This document shows positions 37,285-50,042 of a DNA stretch of 64,000 nt, one piece after another. The DNA is from Albugo candida (lineage: Eukaryota), in assembly GCA_040437565.1 (NCBI GenBank), contig JBDOQK010000041.1, forward strand, positions 124,001 through 188,000. Direction: 5' to 3'. The stretch's first letter is position 1, and every line of letters begins with the position of its first letter. The translations under genes and the position numbers were made by a program. A model generated the notes under the pieces. That model did not search any database. It had not been told where the DNA came from and saw nothing but the letters and a program-made list of their open reading frames with translations.

Positions 37285-39152
37285 CTAATCAAAGTACTCG
37301 TAAACACTTGACCGCTTGGATTGCGCACTATCCAACTCGAGAGCGATCTGGATGCAAAACAGCGATTTCGAGTCACTGCTGTCTGTAGCGGATAATTCGA
37401 CTTGATAATTTCCACCCGGCGCGATGATTGGAAGCGTCACATTGGCTTCAAGCTCGGCAGTCGCACCCTGCTTTATCGGACAAGTTAAGCCGTACACGTA
37501 AATGTGACCCAGACCCAGAGGTAATGGGACACTCGTATTTCCGCATGCTTTGCTTTGATGTCCAAACACTTGCATGCCTGCAAGTTTGACAGTAAGTTTC
37601 AAATTGCCTTCGGTGATGTCCTCCTTCACGTCCCCCTTTCCAAAAAGTGAGATTGTTCGTCCTCGCTCGGGTGATTGTGGATTCACAACCAAAGAGTCAA
37701 AATCGACTGTAGAGACAGTTTTTGTGGCACATTGCGAAGCTGAAGCAGATGATGAAAAATCGATTTGGTTGGTGAAGCTTTCATCCAGAATGTCCAGCTC
37801 AGCGGTATCATTGAGTAGAGACGCGGTAGGGAAGCTTGGTACCATCGCTATTCCGCACTGACCCGTAGGACCATTCTGATCCCGAGAGAGGCGAATGTAA
37901 CCTTCTTCTCCCCATGTAGTTCCCCACGAATTCTTGACCTTCCAAAATTTTTGACCATCTTCAACTCCATAGCCAACAGCGAGCACTCCATGATCAAGCT
38001 GTGTTCCACAGGTTTTGTTATACACTCCGGATTTGTAAAACTGAAAAGATCTGTCGCCTGCATCGATCGCGATAGACACGGGCTGCTGTGCAACCGCTGC
38101 TTTAAGCGCAAGCTCATTGTTGGATTCAACATCCTCGAATCCACTGACGCTTACAACCGGTTTACACGAGCGACAAACTGATTGTGAATGGATATATGCG
38201 TAATCTTCCTCACTACATATGCCTTCGTGCTCACTGACCCACGAGAAAGCGTGATCCATTAATCCCCCACTGCACCCATGATCGCCATTATGATCACAAT
38301 CAACCAGCTCTTGTTCAGATAGACTCACAAGCTTTCCACTCGAGATAAATGTGGCTCCTTCGATAGCCCCCGTAGTCGAAAAAGCCCAACAAGAGCCACA
38401 CATTCCTTGATTTTTAANNNNNNNNNNNNNNNNNNNNNNNNNNNNNNNNNNNNNNNNNNNNNNNNNNNNNNNNNNNNNNNNNNNNNNNNNNNNNNNNNNN
38501 NNNNNNNNNNNNNNNNNTATGCGTAATCTTCCTCACTACATATGCCTTCGTGCTCACTGACCCACGAGAAAGCGTGATCCATTAATCCCCCACTGCACCC
38601 ATGATCGCCATTATGATCACAATCAACCAGCTCTTGTTCAGATAGACTCACAAGCTTTCCACTCGAGATAAATGTGGCTCCTTCGATAGCCCCCGTAGTC
38701 GAAAAAGCCCAACAAGAGCCACACATTCCTTGATTTTTAATACCGGTTACCGCGCCTTTTTCAACCCAATCGATGCTGTCGGGGAGGTCGACAGATGGAT
38801 TATTGAACGAGCTTTTCACCCGAACTTGGGAGAGTCGTTTAGTGAGATAATCTTCAGATGCCTCAAATCCATTAAAGCGCTGACGAAATTCTTCATTGGT
38901 CAGATGTGAGAACGCGTTGTGTCCCAGTTTGAAGCTATTTTCTTGAAGATTATGAGTCAGGATGTACACATCGTTGGCGATGTAGGTTTCCAGCCGTCTT
39001 GCGTATTCTAACGCATCGGAAAAGGTGAGATGATGCGTCTTCAACCACGCTACAAACTCTCCCTCATACTCCATAAACGTTTTCCCATCTACGTGATTTT
39101 GAGCAGATATAAGAGATACTGCGATGAGAATACGGGTGATGGATCTGCGCAT
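37285..39152 (-). CDS. Secreted papain-family (cathepsin L-like) cysteine protease with I29 prodomain and C-terminal ML lipid-binding domain
   Basis: Signal peptide, prodomain [28 protein letters not shown] and C-terminal ML-like beta domain (CPIKQG). Split by a gap with 223-bp duplication (38195-38417 = 38518-38740). Confidence 0.92.
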
Positions 39153-40311
39153 GATTTCCTCTTTCAATGATCTTGATAAACCACTTTAGAAAAATGAACT
39201 TTCCTTCTTTGACAACTGCCAAACGCCAAATATTTTGATAGCAGTCGTTCTAATTGGTTGAAATACCAAGATATAATCTCTGCTTCAAATAGAAGAGCGC
39301 TCTAATTTGTGTGGCTCTTAGTTCTCATTATTTGATTTTGACTTTTGCTATTTTGACGCACACGATGATGTTGCTTTGTAAACTGATATAATGAGACTGA
39401 ACATCAATCTGTTGTAAATTTAATCAAAGCTGAGTGTGAGGAGCAATGCACGTCTTTCTTAGATGCGCTACTATTAGAGCCATTGTGCAGTAACTTTATC
39501 GTCACTTTTATTTATCTGCACACATTCATAGACGTCGACACTCATTACTTACCTGGAAACAACCGTAACTTTACAGTCATTCGTCCTGAATACAAGGCAA
39601 TCTTTACATTGGTATGCGACACGGGTAAAGAAGGCGAGCACGACGTACCAAAACCTAATGGCTATCGTAGCCAAATCTATTGCTGGTATAATGTATGGAA
39701 TTCAAATACCTCTACTGCAGTTTCACGTCGCTATAATATATAACTTGCCCATGTAATATAAAGATTACTGTTAACGTTGGACCACCGTCCACTGTATCAT
39801 GCGCAAAAAGAGTAGCTGTTTACGAGCGAATAAGAAAATAAATTACATGGAGATATATTCAGTATATCGACGCGTACTTCAAGACAGCTTTCTCTTCGTG
39901 GTTCTCTCATGGCATTTTTAATGACCTTACTAATAATAACTCTGTTACTCTGTTGCGGCCCTACTCCACTTCGGATACAGGCACATAGCACCTATTTCGT
40001 TCTATGCGGCTGTCGATATGCACGAGCACCCCTCTACTGCACAAATGTTCGTACTTAAAAATCATGAGGTGGTCGTGAGACATTTTGTATCGCAATCGTG
40101 CAGAGACACGTACGCTGACTCTATTCCCCAAGAAAAAGCCATTCAGCGACATAGACATAACAGAGATGTAATACTTTGATTAGGTGTAACTGCATAGATA
40201 CAGTAAAATGCACAGTACATTACAAATGCAAGCGTAGATTTTTGTAAAAGGTGCATGCGTCCACCCTCAAATTTGTCAGAATCAAAAAGTTTGCGTTTCC
40301 AGTAGCTCTCA

Positions 40312-42115
40312 ATGACAACGGTTTTGATGAAATGGTTGAAAATGAAGGCTGCTACAAAGCCCGGCATCTTCTTCCTCACATTTTTCAGCTTTGTATTCTT
40401 CCATTTCGGACGCAAGTCCTTCGCAGCGATGAAAGGAGAGCTGAGTGCTGAGAATTGGATGGAAACATCATTGTATTCTAAGGACGACCAAGCAAAAATG
40501 TTTGGACTGATAGATACAGTCTTCATGCTGACGTATGCTGGTGGATTATACGCGAGGTAACAGTCCACAGAGCGGATCATATTGAGAGGATGAATCTGAT
40601 TGTGCTGCAGTGGGGTTATAGGCGATCGTTACGATCTGAGGAAAATGATTACTATCGGAATGCTGAGCACGTCGGCGATTTTACTTTGCTTTGGAATCGG
40701 TGGATTCGCCGGATTACACTCATTTTGGTTCTATTTGATACTTTGGGCGTTGAATGGAATAACCCAAGCTTCCGGGTTTCCATCCAATGTTGCTGTCATG
40801 TAAGCTGAAAACTTTTGTACGTAAAGATTTTCAACTAAAAAGATCTGATGCAGGGGCAACTGGTTCAGCCGAAAGGAGCGCGGAGGTACGGTTCACGTTA
40901 TGACTTGATTGAGTTTTTCTCTGACTCGATCGTATGATCATAGCCATCTTTGGAATCTGGGGTGGTAATTCATCGCTTGGAAATGTGCTTGGGGCTGCTT
41001 TTGTCGCACTCATGTTTTCCTTATTCGAAAAGTCCATTGCTTGGAAAATCGCTATGGTCGCAATGGCACTCATTATCGCTACATACGCCATGCTCATATT
41101 CGTATTTTTGGTTCCTGATCCGAAATCTCCGCTTACGCGCCATTTGATCACGGACGATATCAAACTAGGATCTCCAGGATCAGACGATGAGCACCTTGTA
41201 CCTTCTTCGGCCAAGCCAGGAATCTCATTTTGGAAGGCTTGGCTCATTCCAGGTGTACGTGAAAATCTTCAGACTCGAATATGTATCTGACATCGCTGTA
41301 GGTCATCTTTTACGCATTGGCTTTTGCGTGCCTCAAAACGGTCAACTACACCTTGTTCTCCTGGCTTCCGTTTTACTTGAACAATTCTCTTGGCATGGAC
41401 AACGCCAAAGCAGCTTCATACTCTGTAAGAGATCTCGTCTTGTATACACGCTACTTGATCGTGACTTGAGATTTGTGCATTCAGATGTTGTACGATGTCG
41501 GTCAAATTCTTGGTGGGTGCATTGGAGGCTATATATCAGACAAAGGTGGAGCCCGCTCTCCAGTCATTGCAGTGATGTTGTTACTTTCATGGTACGTCAA
41601 AGTTGTGCAGCAATACTGGACCATCTCTGATGTTTTCTTTTAGCATTACGATCCATTTTTTTCCTCAAGCAACAAAAGTCACAATCATATTTCTTCTTTT
41701 GGCTGCCGGTATCCTCATAGGGGGCCCTACGTGTCTTATTACGACAGCCGTTTCGGCGGATCTAGGACTTCACGAGAGTATCAGGAACGATGCCTTGGCA
41801 TTAGCAACCGTGACTGGAATCATTGATGGAAGTGGAAGTCTGGGTGCGGCATTGAGTCAGTATTTAATAGGCCATCTCTCCGACTGTCATCATGTGCCAA
41901 GTGGGTGTCACCCCAAGGATCCTGGCTGTAAACATGTCTGCCATTGGGATCCCGTTTTTATTCTACTACAGATTGCACCCGTTTTGGCGTGTCTATGTCT
42001 GACCCAACTAGTGTATCGTGAAATCCGAACCCTTCATTCTCGACCCGAAGAAAAGCGAGTATTCAGAACTGCTTTTGCTCGTGTGTTCTGTCGCAATCGA
42101 GAGAATATCGCGTAG
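40312..42115 (+). CDS. MFS sugar-phosphate/glycerol-3-phosphate exchanger (SLC37-like), multi-exon
   Basis: GVIGDRYDLR, VAVM/GNWFS..RG, GNSSLGNVLG, ITTAVSADLG and TVTGIIDGSGSLG. Confidence 0.9.
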
Positions 42116-44102
42116 AGCTGATCAGCATTCCCCGGATCAATGCCTTTGATCGCAGCCATTTGCACTGGCGAAGCGGGATTCTGCAGTATTAATCGCTGAC
42201 AAAAAGTTAGCGTCGATAGATTTCATAATACAACACAGAATCTACCTCGATCATTTTTCTTGATAAAGGTCTGACCTTTGGGGATGTAATGCGTTTTGTC
42301 TCTTGTTTGAAAAGATTGAAGAGGTACTCGATATGATACTTCTTCTCCTTTTGTGGCGTAGTATAGGATTCGCGGGAAGGCTGAATATCGATAAGCTCAG
42401 AGTCATCTTCAAACTCGGAAGTCGCAGTGACAAAGGTGGCAGGACCACAGTTGCATCTGCGACAGCAGCGATCTTGATTGATGGCATAGCCAAAGTGAGA
42501 AAACAGGGTGGCTCGACGACATTCTAAAGTCTGGCAGTATGAGACGACTTGGTTTAATGCTTGAGTAGCGTTCTCATCATCGGCCATGCGAGAGCTAATG
42601 TGATCGGGATTTTCGTGCGGAGACTGTCGGACTTTATTTGCTTGGGATTGATCTGCCTCAGCATACAACAATACACATAACGAAGGTTGGCCATCACGAC
42701 CAGCTCTTCCCTACAAAAAAAGTGAAAATGTGCCATGAGGAATGAAGTTGTCACGTACAATCTGCTGATAATACGCTGTGAGAGAAAGCGGAAGGGAATA
42801 ATGGACAACCACACGAACGTCAGAGCGGTCGATCCCGAGCTGTCAGAGGCGTTATCAGTACTCGGTTCATTGAAAACGTACTTGCTGGACGTACCCCGAA
42901 CGCACTTGTTGCACATATGATCGATATATTTCCCGCCATCCACTGCTTCCTCATATACTCTCGACGTTTTGGAGTCATCCCCGCATGATAAATACCGGCT
43001 CGACATCCTGCACGTATAAGATGCATCGCGGCTTGTTCCGTTTCTCGCTTGGTCAAACAATACACCACAGTTGGACGATCCTCACAGATCTTTGCAATAT
43101 AAGCCGCATTGCATGCAGAATTCTCATGCTTGCGGATGACTTGGATGTCCAAATTGATTCGATCAAAGACCTGTTGAACGAGAATCATCTTTTCGCTGAG
43201 ATTTTTCATGCTCTTATTTTCGTCAAAACACTTTATTTCGTTTGTGTAATCCTCGATCGCGCCAGGTTGTGTCGGCACCAAGTCAAAAAGCCCAGCGAGT
43301 GTTCCGATTCCCTCATCTGAAATCGTGGCAGTGAGCAGCGACATAGGGATTCCAGGACAATTGGAACGTTTCCATGCTGCAAGCTCGAGGTATGCAGGCC
43401 GAAAATCGTATCCCCATTCCAAAACACAGTGTGCTTCATCGAGAACAATACGAGCAAGCATTTGATTTTGTATGCAATTTTCGATCCATTTTTTCATGTC
43501 TTTGTTTTTCAACAGGAATTCAGGCGTTGTGTATATCAGACGCTGATTCATAAGCAATTTTTGAAGCCAATTTTCGTCGTGATTTTTCGACTTTGAGAAG
43601 CCATGTTGTGAGCCAATGAGTTGGATCGCATCGATGCTTCTGGCTCTGAGTGCGGCTATTTGGTCCTGTAGAGAACACAATGAAATGACAATACGAATGG
43701 AGCATTTTCCTAGCGATTTACTTGAATGAGTGCGACAAGCGGTGAAATCACAAGAGTTGCTCTAGCTTCTGGTTCTAAAAGCGCAGGTGCCTGGAAGATG
43801 AGACTCTTTCCAGCGCCAGTAGGTAAATGGACAAACAAGCTGTATCCTTTCATACAGGCAATTATAGAAGCCTCCTGCTCATGAGTCAAATGTTCCGGCA
43901 TTAGCGAGTCCACTTTCGACCATTCTGTGGGTGACAAATGTCGGAGAAGCGCGTCTTTCGCTGTGCTTACTTGAGAGTCAGGAGTAATGGCCGTATGTTT
44001 ATGAACAAACGTGGAATGAATAAAGCGATTGCGAAATGTGTTTAGCGAGCGCTGCCAAAGTCGCTCCGACAAATAATTCCTGGCTGACATTATCATGCGC
44101 AT
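42034..44102 (-). CDS. RecQ-family DNA helicase, multi-exon
   Basis: LPTGAGKSL, ISPLVALIQDQ, YTTPE, DEAHC..WG.DFRP.Y, YHAGM, ATSAFG/LGID, GRAGRDG, Zn motif CRR...CC..C and an HRDC-like tail. Confidence 0.92.
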
Positions 44103-44139
44103 TTAGCGATTGTTTGCAATAAATATTGTAAATTCGATC

Positions 44140-45562
44140 ATGTCGATTTGGTGTTTTGGTGAGGATCCATTGACTTGGGTAGTGTGCATCGTCATACTGT
44201 AGCAATACGTTCACTAAAGACTGCTTGTAGTGCTTTGTGAAGCTACTTGGCATTCACATACGAAAATATCTGGTCGAGTATGACGGTATTCCAGGCAGCA
44301 TCGCATGGCCAGTGCTTGAGTCTACTGGTCAGAATACGAGCATTATAAGGAAAAGACTTATTACAAAGGCCCAAGTCAGTGGGATTGTGATTTCGATTCA
44401 GCACAAAGCAGAGCGAGGTGATAAAAACTCTTATTTTGTGGACGTAATTGAAGCGTACATAGTCGAGTTTCTAGTTGACGATGGAACAGCCTTAATCCCT
44501 GCGGTACTCTGGCTACCTGAAGCATATCAGGAAAGAAGAAGCGTACCGATTGCTCTTGGTGATTTGGTCCATTTCGAGGGAAAACTCCATAGAGAAGCAC
44601 GACGTGACAACTTTGGAGAGTAAGGCACGAGAAGCTCGATGTAAGTCTTTTGTTCAAGGATCGTCCATTATTAGGCCAAACCAAATCGAACTTCGCATCT
44701 TACGCTACTCTGTAATGGAAGATCCGAATGAGGAAGTGGCACATTGGCTAGAGACCATACAACTATGCCGTGAAGTCTACTCGTCTACGGAATATTTGAT
44801 AGAGCCAAGTCGAGAAAATTTCTTTGCATCTGAGCTGCATTCTTCAAAAGCTAAAGGTTGCGAACTTGGGCGCCGGGAAGGTGTTGCATTAAAGGCGTTT
44901 CTCGAAATGGAATGGGATCCAATTTTAATGGAAATCAGCGAAAATGACGGATTGGATCGACTGTTTATGGACGTGATACAAAAACTCATCGATAAACAGA
45001 AGAATTCCGGTAGCCCGCGTCATTTTGTATGAACTAATCATGGGACTTATATTCTGCATTGAGGAAGCTTCCGCACCGATCCGTGTCACCTTTACGGAAA
45101 TGCTGCACGATTTTGAGGTATCAAGAGAGCGAACGTAATGGGCAACAATTTGAAACATTTGCGTGTAGCTGGATGGGAAGATTCAGGTCAAACACGATTT
45201 TGTGAGACTTTTACGGCTAGTCTTTTCGGAATTACGATCCCTGGGACTGCTTCATCTGTTCGATCCTGAAACCGATGTTCACGTGCTCCAAACGCATAGC
45301 TTTACATTGAAATCAGCTCTCATGTCACTTCTTCAAGGTATGATACCTCAAGCACGACGGAATGTGTCGATTCGTCTCATGAGTAACAAATCATTCAGGC
45401 TCTCCACACGGGCAATCGTTTACCGATATCGCTGGGGCTATACTCCAAAAGAATGAATTTCAGCATATTTCGGTAGAATGGCTTCGATACTCGCTACAAA
45501 AACTGATTGAGGAAGAACTGATCAGTAAGCACAATGATAAGTTTTCTATTCTCCTTCAATGA
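44140..45562 (+). CDS. STN1: CST complex subunit STN1-like OB-fold protein, multi-exon
   Basis: GEDPLTW/CFVKLL, VSGIVISI, FLVDDGTALIPAVLW, DPNEEVAHWLE and a winged-helix-like C-terminus. Confidence 0.75.
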
Positions 45563-45945
45563 AAATGCAATTCCCACTGATCGGTATGTCACTTTGCCTC
45601 CGTCAAGTCGACTTCTTGCTAATATCGATGCAAGGAATCAAAAAGGGCGTGCGCTGTCGACCGCATCCATCCCTAGAGGGCGCATCGAGACGTTCATCTT
45701 TCTCTCTTTTGTAATGGCAGATACGCCTGATAGAGTTTGACTTCTGCTACTGCGTGAGTATGGAATCAAAGTCGATGAGTAAAATCAATGTCGCTTGCAC
45801 CAAACCAGCTTTTCTCGTGTGATTTCATAGTGATGTTTCGATTCCTCTTTATTCGGTCCGCAGCATACCAAATGGGATTGATTCCTCAATGAGGTATTTT
45901 GGATGCGGCATCAAGAACGGCCAAGAAATGTTTCGCGCTATCTGG

Positions 45946-48005
45946 TTATACCATGAATCCTGCAAGCGCATCAGCAAACTGTACATCACCTTCACGGTCA
46001 GTACAAAAGTATTCATGCTGTAACGAAGGAGGCAACGCAGTGATCTTCATAAATAACTCATTCAAGCGAGCCTGCAATTCATTTTTTTCCTGTATGGGAA
46101 GAAAAGGTCAGCTTGGAACGCGCGCAAATCGAAGATGCAAACCTCATTTCGTTTATCCAGTGTTGTCACCAAACTTTGGTGCCGAGTATCCGCATTCAGG
46201 GTAACGGATTCAAGAAGCTCGCGAACTTTTGAGACTTGTGCTTCCAGGTCTTTTTCCTTATCTTCTGCAGTTTTGATGCTTTGTGACAAAGTTTCTATGA
46301 GCTCACATCGATGTTTTCCCTCCATTTCGAGATCAGAACGAAGCTTCTGTATTGTTTCTTCCAATTCCTTTTTTTCCAGCGCCGCGTCAACAAGATTCTG
46401 CTCTACCACAATTACTTGCTGCGTCAGCTTGTTGTTTTCATCTTGTTGATGTTTCAGTTCGTTACGCAGTCGATTCGTCTCATTGTCGTCAAGGTTTGCA
46501 CGAACGTTATGGGCTTGGCGAGCTTTCTCGATCATTTTCCTTTCACTCACTACACTTTGCCGCATTTTCTCTTCTTCGCTCTTGAAATGCGCAGTTAGTG
46601 CTTCCTTCCTGTCCTCATAATCTCGTTTCAAATGTTCTCTCAGGTCTTTCACCTGTTCTTCATTCGCTTCACGGACGACATGCTTTTCCAAGTATTCAAA
46701 AGTATCGACTGCTTGCTTCTGAATGAAAAGATTCATCACACTTGATTTCTCGGGCCCTTTGGCCTGATCTTCATACTGTCTAATGAACGCTTCCAAAGCA
46801 TCTAAAAGAATGTGCTTAGAGCCTTCCAAATCACCTTGTTGACCTGCTTTATCGAAATCGGGCTTTAATAACTCCCACAACTCTTCTTTTAACAGCACAC
46901 AATACTGACGAGAATGATCGTGTAACTTTCCGAGCTGTTCTCGATGAACTTCTCGTAGCTGTTTTCTCAGTTGCTGCTGAACTGTCTGAGACACTGTTGA
47001 AGAATTATTTGTTCCATTCTGATAGATTTCCATGGCAAGGCTGAACATTTCTTCATGAAGACTTTGGAATGCATCGAGGTCTAGCGGAGGTGATTCATTA
47101 TTAGCAGCCTCGAGACATTCGGAATACATCACTAAGGCTTCATTGGCCGTCTGCTCACAGCGAGAATGCANNNNNNNNNNNNNNNNNNNNNNNNNNNNNN
47201 NNNNNNNNNNNNNNNNNNNNNNNNNNNNNNNNNNNNNNNNNNNNNNNNNNNNNNNNNNNNNNNNNNNNNNATGAATCATCTCATCCATTATCATCATCAG
47301 TTGGCCAAATACGTTTGCTGAAAGTGCAGTTCCAAACATTGACTTGGTTCTCAATTGTTTAGAAAGCATATCATTATGCTTTTCTCCATCCTCCCCAATA
47401 AAGCTCTGCAAAGAAAAAGTGCCAATATGTCGAAGTCGAACTAGATCTTCCCATTCTGAAAATCCATTGATTCCCAGCGTTATATGCTCAGTAGATTCTA
47501 AAGAAGATATTGCGATCGAGTGTGGTAAGAGCTCATAAAGCGTTGCAATGTTATGACGTTCCCAATCGATCGATTTATACAGAGGTCCATAAAGTCGCAT
47601 CAGAATCTCTACGAGCGGATCGGAACTGGATGGCCAAAACACCAGCAAAGAGGAAAACATGCAGAAAACATGAAGCCAATTCATCAAAATCTCATTTTGT
47701 GTCGTAAGAGGGGAAACTGTAATACTAAATACGAGTATCAGTGTGTTAGCTCTATCATTGTGAAATGACGCGAGAAATTGAAAAGCAGAAGTTGGCATCT
47801 CTGCCTCAATGCTATGATTGAAATCGGATAATAGTTTCTCTGCAAGGAGAAAGCGATCTGATTGCGTCAATTCATCTCCAACTAGACAGAGAATAGAGAC
47901 GTTATGATTATTAGATTCGATTTGTAGCTTTTCACTCAACGCCTCGGAAAAATCGTACGAGGATCTATCCAAACACGGCAAATTATGCCAAATCACATGT
48001 TCCAT
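45946..48005 (-). CDS. Guanylate-binding-protein (GBP)-like protein with degenerate N-terminal domain and long coiled coil; contains a true gap
   Basis: GBP C-terminal-like YEDQAKGPEK and coiled coil; final exon EKNELQARL...AGFM. Confidence 0.6.
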
Positions 48006-48049
48006 TTTGATGGAACTGCTTTATCTGGGATAGTGTTTTGCACATGATT

Positions 48050-48670
48050 TTAGGCAAGATCTGCCGAATGGAGCTGATCAATGACCTTTTTGGCACCGAG
48101 ATCGATCTCGATTGGTTCCAACGACGAGTCAGCTGCTAGTGTCGAAAGAGTTTTTTCTCCCTGGTTGCGCTTCTGATGCAATTTTTGAGATGAGACATGG
48201 AGATAAATATATAGAATTACGAACGACTACCTTTGACATCAGTGAGCGCATCAAATTAGTTACAGTACCCGATTGAAGTAATGGGTTCGCGACATTGTGT
48301 ATCATTTCGAATTGTTTCTCCAGTTCGTGCGTTTTGGCCAAAGCGCGTTGTACAAATTCCTTAGAGCAAAAAAGATTCACGTGAACAGCTTATGTGATAA
48401 AAAGTGATATAGCATCCTGACCTCCATCATATCAATCTTATCGAACATCTTTTCAAGTTTCTTGCAATTGAGTTGCAAGGACTCGAGCGCTCGCTGTATT
48501 TCATCTGTTCCCACACTGGCAGACTTTGTCGTAGCAAGCGATTGATCAATTCTATATAATGAAAGCTCTACTTTCTCATCAAATCTCTGCATTCCTTCCA
48601 CGGCATCCTCCGCGACGTCTTCGTACTCTAAACAAGCTTCATACAATGATTTGCTACACGAATCGATCAT
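48050..48670 (-). CDS. Small coiled-coil protein resembling BLOC-1 subunit 4 (cappuccino)
   Basis: Three exons; LEKMFDKIDMME/EFV....KTHELE resembles the CNO family pattern. Confidence 0.5.
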
Positions 48671-48789
48671 TTGGAAACCGTTTCTGAACCGATGCTGTCG
48701 GTAATTACATTTCTGCTCAATAGGCTAATTTGACCGGTTTTTTCGCTAGACGCACTGAAACCATTCGTAATACGCAACACATTGTAACA

Positions 48790-50002
48790 ATGGTCGATGA
48801 AGCTCCACTAGATTCCTCTTTGGACATGGACCACGGCACCAAGTTGGCATGGGAAAGGAGCTCTGACTTTGCAAATTATTTCTGCACCTATGGCTATGTG
48901 TACCATCAGAAACAAATGCTTTCCGACGATCTTCGAATGCAGTGTTATCGGGATGCCATCTTTGAAAATTCTTCTCATTTCAAGGACAAAGTCGTACTAG
49001 ATGTTGGGACAGGTAGTGGGATTCTGGCAATTTGGGCTGCTCAGGCAGGAGCAAGAAAAGTTTACGCTGTAGAGGTGCTGTGCTGGATTTGTGCCAGTAT
49101 TGAGAACATTGTATGCTAAAGTCCTAATATTTTTTCAGGCCACAGATATCGCGTTACAAGCTCGCAAGCTGGTAAAAGCCAATGCTCAGGAGAACGTAGT
49201 CACAATCATACAAGCGAAAGTAGAAGATGTCACACTACCCGAAAAAGTTGATGTGATCATTTCAGAATGGATGGGATATTTTCTTTTACGAGAATCCATG
49301 CTAGATTCGGTTCTTGTTGCGAGAGATCGATGGTTGAAACCAGAAGGTTCATTATTTCCGTCTCATGCTTCGATGTATATTGCACCAGTGTGCAATGAAG
49401 ACAATAGCAATAAACGGTACTCGGAATTCACGTCGGCTATGGATGATTGGAGGCGTTTTGTTGACAACACGAAAAGCACTTGGGGAGTAGATATGTCTGT
49501 ACTTGGTAGTGCATTTCGCAAAGAACAAGACCAGTACTCGTTACGAACATCTGCTTGGGCTGAAATAACACCAGAAGATCTCATTGGCGATGAAGTGGAA
49601 ATCGCCTCATGGAATTTATTAGAGTGCACCATCGATGACGTCAAGCAAGTCCAGGCAAGCTTTGACTTCCAGTTCCAATCAACGACTCGCTTCGGAGGTA
49701 TTGCTGGATGGTTTGAAGTGGACTTCAAAGGATGTCCTAGTCATCCTGCAGCTCATGCGGTCAATCTTACAACTTCACCATTTGTCCAGCCTACGCATTG
49801 GGGCCAGCAAGTATTCCCAATCAGTCCTCCAACTCAGGTTTGCGAGGGCGATCGAGTTGAGGGGACAGTGATTGTGGTGCGTCGATCGGACAATCAACGG
49901 CTCATGAATGTCAAATTCGAGTACCGTCTCCAATTGCAAGATGATTCCATGCAATCCTCGGAATCTCAAGATAAAGTTTGTCGTACATTTCTTATTGAAT
50001 AG
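48790..50002 (+). CDS. Protein arginine N-methyltransferase (plant PRMT10-like N-terminus)
   Basis: YFCTYGYVYHQKQML, VLDVGTGSGIL, VDVIISEWMGYFLLRESML and THW loop; one intron. Confidence 0.93.
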
Positions 50003-50042
50003 GAGACCTTCTATTAAAAATATCACTGTGCTGCATCGGCAA

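Noticed and set aside
36918..37388. 156-aa plus-strand ORF
   Set aside because: It lies antisense to the ATX1 gene and the cathepsin 3' end, starts with TTG and has no protein-like features.
39546..39556. TACTTACCTGG matching the U1 snRNA 5' end
   Set aside because: The downstream sequence lacks the U1 70K loop (GATCACGAAG-like), the U1A loop (ATTGCAC) and a correctly placed Sm site. It is better read as a reverse-strand splice donor or chance.
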